Positions 1 to 9,755 of a stretch of DNA of 33,257 bases are shown here, piece after piece (within the stretch, counting starts at the first letter, position 1; each line of letters starts with the position of its first letter). The stretch covers positions 1-33,257 of the forward strand of contig JAVECS010000036.1 of the NCBI GenBank assembly GCA_051942165.1, in the 5' to 3' direction. Origin of the DNA: Circinaria calcarea. Lineage: Eukaryota. The position numbers were made by a program, and so were the translations under genes. The notes under the pieces were generated by a model. That model was not told the DNA's origin, made no database searches, and saw only the letters and a program-made list of their open reading frames with translations.

Positions 1-282
1 TGTATTCAACTTGTGCAATGTTTGAGTATCACCACGGCATGTGTGCCCTCTCTCCGACCGTTTCTTGACAGTCTTGAATCTGGTCTGCTACGAATCGACG
101 ACCTTCGGCGCCGAGGCATGGAAGGGTCTTACGGCTATGAAGGACCACAAAGACCATGCGTAACGGAGCAATTGGCACCCGACTCTGAAAACAAACACAG
201 CCATGAAATATCGGTGCCTGGATCATTAGACATTCCTCTGCGCCCTGTGGAATACCAAGTCCTTAGCATCAATTCGGTCTAA
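1..282 (+). CDS. 3' end of a PTH11-like / fungal rhodopsin-domain integral membrane protein (5'-truncated by the window)
   Basis: Frame is open from base 1 (CIQLVQCLSITTACVPSLRPFLDSLESGLLRIDDLRRRG). The 'SIxxACxPxLRP' last-TM signature and 'FLDSLESG' resemble this family. Stop at 280-282. Confidence 0.7.
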   Translation, partial: CIQLVQCLSITTACVPSLRPFLDSLESGLLRIDDLRRRGMEGSYGYEGPQRPCVTEQLAPDSENKHSHEISVPGSLDIPLRPVEYQVLSINSV

Positions 283-1293
283 TCACTGCTTTGAGCTAAT
301 AAAGCCATATCTAATTAAGTAAGAGTTGATCTGTTATCGTCATGGATTGATGGCTTCCACCTTGTATTTAGGAGATGTGACAACTCTCAATTACATTAGC
401 AATCCTCCTCACATAACCAGAACGGAATACTATTTATCCAAGATAACCTCGCATTTGGATAAGCTATATTTATGCATTCTAAGCTTATTGAAATTGTGTT
501 TTTATAGCAATTATTTTGTTTCCCTTATCTAGGAAAGATCTATAAAGTACGTAGTAAGAATACACTGGATACTACAGCAGGTAAAACCCTGCATGCTGGG
601 CCCCACTACGCTAGTGGACTAGTAGGGCAGGTCTGTACGTCCTGCATATCGTGATGAGACGGCTGCACGGGATCTACAGCAGCATCCGCCACTAGACCGT
701 ATGTGGAAGGACATACTAGACTTGCCCATCTTAATCCTACCCACCCTTTATTATGCTCCAAGTTACACTCAACTTGTGGCGCCAATGATGATTCCCGTTC
801 TTGGCTCTCGTATCAGCACCCTCTAGGCTTCAGCTTCAAGCCTATTGTATGAGGGAGGGCTTGCCAAAAACCCGGCACCTACGTAAGAGAAGTTCATTTA
901 CTGAATTAAACCGGCTTGGTTACCTGGCCCTTAAGCAGTGTGATTGTACCTCGATGGGTCGAAGCGACGATCATGCAATACAACGTTGCGACATCTCTTA
1001 TGCCTCTAGGGTTCCACCGGGGCTCCCAGTCTTAAGGAAGGGCTGTCTACTGCCTCAACTAACTATGACCTGGTGGAACAGGAATCCCTTGCTGGCTGTG
1101 GTTATTTTATCGAAAATACATTCCCTTTGGGCATGAGTAAAGGACCCAGACACGGCATATCTCCAAAAATATCTTTGATATTCCGAAGTCCATTGCTTTC
1201 GCGTACCTGATAACATCCAATTGCGTTTGCTCTGCTATCTTGAAAATCAGAAAGTTACGCCTTCGAGACGTTGTTGAATCCGCAGATAATAGA

Positions 1294-3357
1294 ATGAAAA
1301 TAGAGGAAGTCGTTGTCTCGGGCAATTTCGAGTTACAAAATGCTGAAGGCCATGGGCTTGAGTCGCAGAGAATTGAGCATAAAGACAATATCCACCTGAC
1401 ACAAATCGGGAGAAGACCGGTGCTTAAGGTTTGGACAGACCCCGTTATCTAGCTCTAATAGAAGCTGCATGGGCGTGTTCATATGACTGACTAGAGTGAA
1501 GCGGAACTTTGGCTGGATGTCCATTCTGGCCTTTAGTTGCATCATATTGGCTACGTGGGTAGAGGCTCTCTTGTATGACACAGAATATATCCATTACAGC
1601 TTAATACCGCTGACTTGGCTCAGAGTCCTAGGTGCTGGCTTCGTGAAGTAAATCACCAAGAAGCAATTACTATCTGGTCCTGATTATATCTCTAGCGGCG
1701 GACCAGCTGGCTTGATCTACAGCTTTTTGATAGTATGGGTTGGCAGTCTTTACAAGTCTAGGTGAGCTGGCTTCCATGTAAGTCGATGCCCTAGATATTT
1801 CGATGAAGGGGAAAGTGAGAAGTACTATTAGGGCACCGACTTCCGGAGGTCAGTATCATTGGGTATCAATGCTGGCACCCAAGTCTTGCCACAAACTGTG
1901 TAGCTATATAACAGGCACGTTATCTTGGACCTCCAAATCTTCATTCCCATACCTAATCTAGTCAATTAGGATGGCTTACAGTTGTTGGTTGGCAAGTCAA
2001 CGTCACCTTGACATCCTACACCACTGGTACGGTTCTGCAAGGCTTGATTGAAATGATCTACCAAGATTATAGCCCGCGATCCTGGCAAGGCACATTGCTT
2101 TTCTACGGGGTTTTGTCCCTTTGCATATTTGTGAATACAGTTGTTGGCACGACTCTTCCAAAGGTCGAACTCGCGCTGTTGATACTTTACCTCCTCGGCT
2201 TCTTTTGCTGCTTGGTTCCTTTGGTCTACCTGGCACCTCACAGTAACGCTCACTACGTATTCACGACTTTTCTCAACAATGGTGGTTGGAGTTCCAAAGG
2301 ATTGTCTTTCTTTCTAGGTTTGTCGACCAACGCTTTTACGTACCTCGGTATGACATTTCTCTCATCTAATGACGTGGGCTTCATACTAATCATTTTTTCA
2401 GGTGCTGATGCCGTTTACCACGTATGAAGAATCTGGTTAGGTCACCGTTGCCCAAGCCGCTAACACTACCCCAGATGAGCGAAGAGATACAGAATGCCGC
2501 CGTTGTGGTGCCATGGGCAATTATTATGAGCATGCTACTGAACGGTGTTGTGGGCTTTGCAATGTCTATTGCTATTCTTTTCTGCATTGGTGATCCGGAT
2601 GCAATCTTTACTACAAGCTTCAGGTATCCTTTTATGGAGATTTTCTTACAGGCTACAAACTCCGTCGCGGGTAGCGCAATCATGATATCGACTGTTATTA
2701 CAGCGTGTTTAGGTCTTTCTATCGGATGCATGGCCGCTGCTTCTCGAATGCTGTGGGCCTTTGCTCGTGACCGCGGTGTTCCCGGATGGCGATATATTCG
2801 TAAGGTAAGGCTTCCCTAACCTTGTTAAATCAGGCATGATTCACAGGACGTTTTAGATCAATAAGAAAAGCTCGATACCGACTATATCTATCCTCATCAC
2901 CACTGCGTTCTCTGTTTTAATCGGCTTAATCAGTATTGGTTCTACTATGGCGTTTGAGGCCTTTTCGTTCGTGACTATCGGAAGCTTCTATCTTTCCTAC
3001 CTTTTAGCTTGTGCCTTACTCCTCTGGAGGCGCTGTAATGGCTCTATCAAGACGCTGGCAGAGATTCCGCCATCCGTCTACAGACCAAACACGAATCTGC
3101 CTGGAAGCGCTGGAAACCTGGTCTGGGGACCGTGGAGGATAGAAGGATGGCTTGGCACCGCTATCAACGCTTTTGCCTGCTTATACCTTCTTGTGATGCT
3201 GGTTTTCATATTTTGGCCATTTGTGACACCTGTCACGTTGTCAACTATGAACTACAGCAGTCTGGTGATAGCGTCTATAGCGGTGTTCAGTGCGGCGTAT
3301 TATGTTTTCTGGGCGCACAGGACATACAAAGGACCAATCGTAGATTTGAATGCCTAA
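1294..3357 (+). pseudogene. APC-superfamily ACT-type (choline/GABA, Hnm1/Uga4-like) amino-acid permease with one frameshift; pseudogene or sequence error
   Basis: Exons 1294-1428, 1502-1572, 1624-1647, 1696-1777, 1832-1914, 1970-2347, 2402-2421, 2475-2804, 2857-3357. Motifs: RNFGWMSIL, NGGPAGLIY, GELASMAPTSGGQYHWV, GADAVYHMSEEIQNA, SRMLWAFARDRGVP, GPW, MNYSS. Exon 4 shifts frame at ~1745 (TGA at 1763-1765 in the incoming frame). Intron 1915-1969 is GC-AG. Confidence 0.8.
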
Positions 3358-3764
3358 AAACTCTTTGGTAGCCCCTATATAGCTGAAGCAGGAGGGAGAT
3401 TTTCTGATTTCTGGTGCCGTATATTTCAAGCGCCATGGTCGGTCCTTCACTGGAGAAAGATCCTCGTTTGTAATCACGGATACTTCCTCATCTTGGTTTT
3501 TATGCTTTCTTCAATAAAGAGAAGCAAGCTTAACGCCCGCATTTGAGTCAGTGTAATATCAACCTTGAAATGTCTCAAAAGATACATGGATACGGTATTC
3601 AATGCATTCACAAATTGTTATAGCCGAGCCGAGGCCGTAAACAGGCTCTCACCCTCTCTTCATGAATCATTTTCATCTACAATTACTTGATTCTTGTTCC
3701 GCTGCCCGGTTATTACTGGGAGGCCCACTTCTTCTACTGATAGTACTTGGCCGTATAAGTCAAC

Positions 3765-4913
3765 ATGCCTACGCAATCGTATTTCAGCCAGTTCCCCCCA
3801 TTTCCAGACAATGTGCCAACTGCTCAATTGCCATCTATCACTTACAAAAGGCTTCTGACGGGGGACATGGCTGAATCTACTGCATTGTTTGATGCCTTCA
3901 GAGCCACCGGGTTTTGTCTGCTCGATCTCCGAGGTTGCTCCGAAGGCGAAACCTTTCTAAATGAGGCTGAAAGCGTTTTCCGAGTAAATCAAGACATCCA
4001 CGACTTGGATCTGGAGGAGAAAATGAAATATGCCTTCCAACTACCCAAGTCACTCTTCGGGTATGTCGCTGAGCTTTCGTGTCCAAAACTCTCCGGCTCG
4101 ACCCTCTTTTAGGATTCTAGCGGTCGGCTAACACCGTGTCAACTTTCCAGCTACAAATGCGCTGGCGCCACCAAGATCGAGTCCGGCCGTCCTGACCGCT
4201 TTGAATTTTATAATACAAGCCAAGATGATATGCTTGGCAACGGACCACCACGGGCCAACCCAGCTCCAATCGAGAATAATCGCCAGTTGCTGAAATCTTA
4301 TATAGTCCAGGCTTATTCGGTCGTGAAGGTGATTCTGTCTCATCTTGACTCCCACCTGGACCTCGCACCTGGCACGCTTGCTTCTCTGCAACCGCAGACC
4401 AAAGTCTCCGGCACAGCAGTCCGCCTTCTCCGCTATATGCCACAGCCTGCTGGAGACCGTCGGACCAGCTTGCTCGGCCACACCGACATCGGGTCCGTCA
4501 CCCTCCTCTTCAACGTCCTCGGCGGCTTGCAGATTCTCCCGGCCGGCCTCGACAACGTTGACGGAAATTGGCGTTACGTCAAGCCGCAGCCAGGTTGCGC
4601 GATCCTGAGTCTGGGCGATGCGATGGTCGAGTGGACCGCGGGGATACTACGCAGCAATTTGCATCGCGTCACCTATGCGCCGGGCGAACAGGCGAATACC
4701 CCGCGTTACAGCGTGGCCTATTTGGTCCGGCCGGAAGCGAGCGTGTCAATGAAAAGGCTAGGTGTTGGAGGCGTCATCCCGGCGCTGCAGGAAGGGGAAG
4801 AGGATGTCGATATGGATGTGACAGAATGGGAAAGGCAAAAGGCGACGGCCATTCAAAGCGGAATGGACAATGCGAGAAGCCGAGGCGGGAGAGAGATTGG
4901 CGTACAGAGCTGA
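3765..4913 (+). CDS. 2-oxoglutarate/Fe(II)-dependent dioxygenase (DIOX_N + 2OG-FeII_Oxy, IPNS-like fold)
   Basis: Exons 3765-4060 and 4151-4913 (GTATGT...CCAG intron, GCTAAC branch). HTD...H iron triad (HTDIGS, NLHRV) and RYS 2OG-binding motif. Confidence 0.93.
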
Positions 4914-5819
4914 TGTTCCTCCTCGCAGAGCGAAAGCACGATAGCAATCGGTTTTCCGTAGTAACCGAGATTGCTACTTAGCGGATATATGGTAGAGGCT
5001 TGTGCAGACAGTCGAACGTGATTACTCCTTGGACTTTCACCGATACTTTCTATAACAGGGCATTAGTCGAGTAGCATGTCTTCGAGACATGCACTTATTG
5101 CTAGTTAGGTTCATGACTATCTAAGATACAGCCAAGGAGAAAAGCTTCTCTATGAGATGTAAATGATTGACCTCGTAGACCCGTAGATCACACGGTTCCT
5201 CCACAAGTCTATACCTTTTCAACCATTGTAACCTCAAGGATGTCTCAATGTCAAGTTTCCAACGGCATTGGCGGATTGAAACCCAGCGCTAGCCTCGCCG
5301 CCTAATTTTCACCTCAGCTCCTCCTTAGGTCTCTATCTATAAAAAGCCAAGAATGCATGCATACTGTCACGAGGTCCCCCTACGACTTCCACGGAAGGTC
5401 CGGGTTGGGGGGACACGTATATAAAGGGCAGCACTTTTAGCATAGAGAGAAATCAAGCAACCTTGACTACTTAACACATACTCCATTGCTCGTACGCCAC
5501 CAACTCAGTCTTAAGCAAAACATACTCGATTTCACTGGGAAGATGTGTTGGTGATATTTGTTGCATAAATGTTAAAGCTTCCTTAGGAGCTTTACCGCCC
5601 GTGCGCAAGCAGAGCTTCGATAAGAAAGTTACTCCTCCTGGAGGCGCATCCTCATTATTATCATGCTCGGGGTGATCTCGTCTATCCCTCGGTTTTCTCA
5701 GTTACCCGAGGAAGAGATTCAAAGGAATGAGTATATCCCCTGGCCGAAGAAGCTGAAACGTTTATGTAGTAATGGCGTCTTCCTTGAAGCCGATTTTCGT
5801 TCAATCCCGTCTACTCAAA

Positions 5820-6085
5820 CCTTTTTCCTCTCATCCTTTCCCGCCCGACTGCCCCTTTTCCTATGCGTTCCTTCTTTCTTCCCCTCCTTTTCTCCCCTCC
5901 CCATCAACTCCTTTCACCCTTTCTGGTCTATTCGACTTCCCCAATTTCTCTCTCCTCCATGCCACATTTGCTCCTTCGCTTCTTCCTCCCTGTTTCTACA
6001 TGGTCTCCTTCTTTGTTCCCTCCTTTCCCTACTCCCTCCTTTCCCTATTCCCTCCTTTCCCTCCCCACCCTTCTTCCTCTCCTCG
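5820..6085. repeat. Pyrimidine-rich (C/T) low-complexity tract
   Basis: About 260 nt dominated by CT/CCT/TTC runs on the + strand with no fixed period. It generates the spurious Pro/Ser/Phe-rich and Glu/Gly/Arg-rich ORFs in the track. Confidence 0.8.
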
Positions 6086-6954
6086 ATACCGTAGAGCACT
6101 TCACTTGAACAAAGTCCCAGGCTAAGCTATGTGGTAATCCGAGGCATGAGCAATACGATGGGCTATACGCATTCGATACGAGAGCTAACCATTCCAGAAG
6201 AAGAACATGTGAGCGAAAGCTTTTTCGCCCTACGCCAAGAACGTCGGCGAAGCGGAAGCACTACCATCCCTGGGCGTAAAAGCAAAACAAGTGTGTGCGA
6301 CTGAACCATGGTAGCTTTGAATCGAAATAACATGGAGCTGAACCGTGGCAATAACACTCCAAGGAGGGAAGTAATACAGGTTTGCTGCTGATAGCTAGAA
6401 AGATGTACGGTCATCTACATAAATACCCTTTTTTAGTTCAGGGATGGGAGCATGGCCCCCTTGCAAGGAGGATTGAGAAGACACCAACGGGAGCAGGAGG
6501 GAGCACCAACTTGGCATCCAGTTATACCTACCGCCCTATTACTTACACTTTAGCTAAAATTCCCTAATTCTATAATTCAGAGACTGCTGCCTAAAGCCAA
6601 TAGCTGAAGCCCCTGCACCCCCCAACAAAGGATATTTACGGTTCAGTGATAGGATTAGCTCCAGTCAAAGCAAGGAATCTTGTCATAAAGGGGTCCTGAT
6701 ACGCGTACCGCTGAACGAGTGAACGAAGGGATAAACGAGCCAAACTCCAAGTGACGAGAGATCAGGACTATAGACTAGACTTCTAACAAGAAATGAGGAT
6801 AAGATCTAGCTACGCTGAATTGTACGGCTCTCCTCCTGCATTATCTCTCCCTCTGATCTTTACCCATGTTTACCCTCCTTTCTTATATCGTAATCAAAGT
6901 TCTGATCCCAACATATCTGTCCGACGGCCGCGCTGGAGATATAGGTACGTTTCG

Positions 6955-8866
6955 TTAAGGCGTGGCGGACCTCCGAAAATTCCCAGCCTTCGTCCTATCT
7001 TTCCTTTCCCATGCCCAGATCCCCGCTGTCGTAGCCACCATCAAGACTACCGTAATGACGGCATATAACCCGCCGCCCTTGAGCCCGTGGGTTCCGCCAC
7101 TGTAGCCTTGACTGTCCATCCCTTGACCTGTGAAATTCGTACTGAACAGAGTCTGCCCCTCTCCAAATCAGTCTTTTCAACTAGCCGTACGCAAAAATCT
7201 AAGCGCTCAGGTAAGAAAATGTCGTACCGCAACAAGAGTCCCCGGCAAGTATAGCATCGAAACAATAGCGACGAGCTTCATGGTCCTGGAGTCGGAACGC
7301 GTGCTCGCCGCAAGCTCGAGCATATTCTTAGAGTCATGCTCCGCAGTCGTGGCAATGCGGGCGATGTGGGCACTGGCCTGAGCGAGGGATGCGTGATGCA
7401 TGTAAGAAAGGAGAACGTGAATCTGTTATCACCAGTATTCGTCAGATTATCCTCCATGGGCATTGGGAACCGGCAGGCTTACCAACGTTGATGTGCGCTC
7501 CGCACGGCTGAGCAAGACTTGTACCGAGCGCTGATACCCGTTTACACAAGCTATACTGACCTGTAAGTCTTGGTCTAGCATTCGATAATGGAGGTCAGAG
7601 CCGGGGGCTGAGTCAGAATCGTTCAAGTCCTTGTGCAGGCGCGATAGAGCGTGCTGAATGGAGATGTTGGTGTCGAGAATCAGGCTTGCGTCCTGGAGAT
7701 TTTCAGATAGGTGTAGCAGGCGTTGGACGTCGGAGATTGCGACTTGGAAGTTTGCTTGATTGGAATGGGTAGAGGAGATTTCAAACAGGCGGGCGTTTTG
7801 ACCCTATGTATGGTATAAGAAAATAGGAGTCGTGAGCGGCCACAGGAGCCTACCGTGTTAGCGATTCTCCAATTCAGATGTTTTAGGTATGTAGGCCATT
7901 GGAAGAGAGTTGAGTTGAGTAAGGTGGTATGTAGCGAGAGTGGGGATAAGGAGTGCGATTCGGTAGAGCTTACGATCAATCGTTTGATAGCCGTTGATGG
8001 TTGAATGACAATCCAAGTATTTGACCTGGTCTGAAAATTATGCTTTTGGTAAATACCAATTGTACGGGTAGACCAAGGATGGGTGTCTCTTCCAGTTTCT
8101 TCGATGTATCTTATGTTGTAGAACATTTCTACAACTTATTAGTGACGAGCCGTTGTCCTAAAGTGGAATATTATGACAACCGTAACTGAAGGCGGTCGTT
8201 ATTTTACTATTGAGAGGTTGACTTCTCTTGTAAGATAGATAGTCTCGACATATACCTTCATCCTTCTCATCTATCTTGGAGCCAAAACATTGAACGAATT
8301 CAAGAAATTGAGGATGTACTTCGTGAGCAGATAGGACTTTCATGAGCAAGTCTTCTGTAACCAGGAGTGGGGACCAAGAATGTTTCTGGTACAGAAATCT
8401 GAAACTACATTATTATACAGCAACCGATACCAGGGATTATGCGAATATGAGAGAAATCGGCTGCTCATGATAACAATAGATGCGGCAGAACTCACATGAA
8501 ATGGTCGTCTTGTTCCGATAGGTGATCCTAACCATATAGTTCAGCGAGGCTTCGCGGGCCATATCTTTCAAACTGATCCACCTGAAATTTAGAGTTGAAC
8601 TCAGTTGCATTCGTAATCATATTATAAACCTTCCTTCGGCCATTGTGACTATGCTCTGCCTTCACTTGGGCTCCCGTGAGGTTAGTCGTAGTCATTAGAT
8701 CTAATCGAACTATGTTTTGGCTGAAAAGTCTCGGTCCGTCGGCTGACAGTCGGGCATGGAATCGCTCCAGATCATAGTCTTTGAATAGCGGCAACAGGTT
8801 ACACGGATATGTGTCGCAAACTGCCGCCGAGGTTGGCTTAGATGAGGGACCAGGAGAGGAAGCCAT
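6955..8866 (-). CDS. Fungal CorA-like domain protein (~507 aa) with C-terminal 2-TM hairpin
   Basis: Seven exons: 8866-8582, 8527-8496, 8398-8181, 8128-7854, 7803-7483, 7422-7228, 7152-6955. They sum to 1524 nt with no internal stop, and the ATG context is ACAATGG. Motifs: YPCNL, QKHSWSPLLVT, VHPQFLEFVQCFG, YNIRYIE, PWSTRTIGIYQK, WIVIQP, then a long helical stalk, DSRTMKLVAIVSMLYLPGTLVATLFSTNF (TM1) and LYAVITVVLMVATTAGIWAW (TM2). Confidence 0.8.
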
Positions 8867-9755
8867 TGTTTGTGAGGGAAGTTGCACTCCCGGGGGGGAG
8901 GGGCTCTGGGTTCCATATTATCAGCTGCGGGGGTGGAGAAGGCTGCAAGCCTTGGTGGCGTCTTAGTATATTAAGACACCGAATCCAGTAATTTTCTGCG
9001 AGACTGCATGTGAGGCGTTGGTGCCTAGAGAATACACATAGAGGCGCAAGTACGATCTAGAAGTGACCGGCGATCAGGCTATACAGAATGCATCTAAGGT
9101 TCCGAAAAAGACTCAAGAAAGAAAGCGCAGGGCTACCAATGAAACCCCTCCCCCAATACACATCCTATCTAGAGACCGCTTATTCGTGAATGTCCTTGGG
9201 CATTCGCATCAAAAGTACGGACAACCTATCACACTAATGTATCTGATGGACCTTTGTTAATGGTCATATTCCACCGATGAAATTTCAGTCTGCAAGTACG
9301 CGTTAAGATGTTATTCACTTTTCAAGATAGTGGGATTGTACCGCGTCTAGATTGCGAGGAATCTCAAGAATGTAAGAGTTGTCTTTATGCTAGCCTCAAT
9401 CGATTAGCTGCCGTCTGCCTCGTCCTGCTATAAAGGGCCTGCAGTACCGTTACTTTACAGATTTGTCCAGCGAATAGTGTCTTAAGGAGATTGTATAGCT
9501 TCTGCTTGTCGATATATCGTGCTGAGACGGCCTGAACAACAGACATAACTGTGTTGGGTGCCGTTAAGCGTATAAGGGGTAGTCTTGAGGTGGGAAGGAT
9601 GAAGCCTGAAAGCTAGAAAAGATCCTCGACTGCTCTTGATTTCTTCGATTAGCTCAAGGCTTCACGGTCCCCGCAGTAAGCTGTACCACACAATGCCAAG
9701 CCTCAGCCTTGCCGACATTTGGGACCATTCAAACTGCGTATGAACTCATGGAGCG
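8867..9755. promoter_or_regulatory. Divergent intergenic/promoter region shared by the CorA-like and tandem-kinase genes
   Basis: Head-to-head starts 889 nt apart. TATA-like CTATAAAG at ~9428 and GTATAAG at ~9570 on the + strand. Confidence 0.45.

Noticed and set aside
326..1136. ORFs 326-532 and 801-1136
   Set aside because: Non-ATG starts and no recognisable motifs.
5663..6125. Overlapping 143/117/81/61-aa ORFs
   Set aside because: Products of the C/T low-complexity tract, with no domain motifs or credible splice structure.
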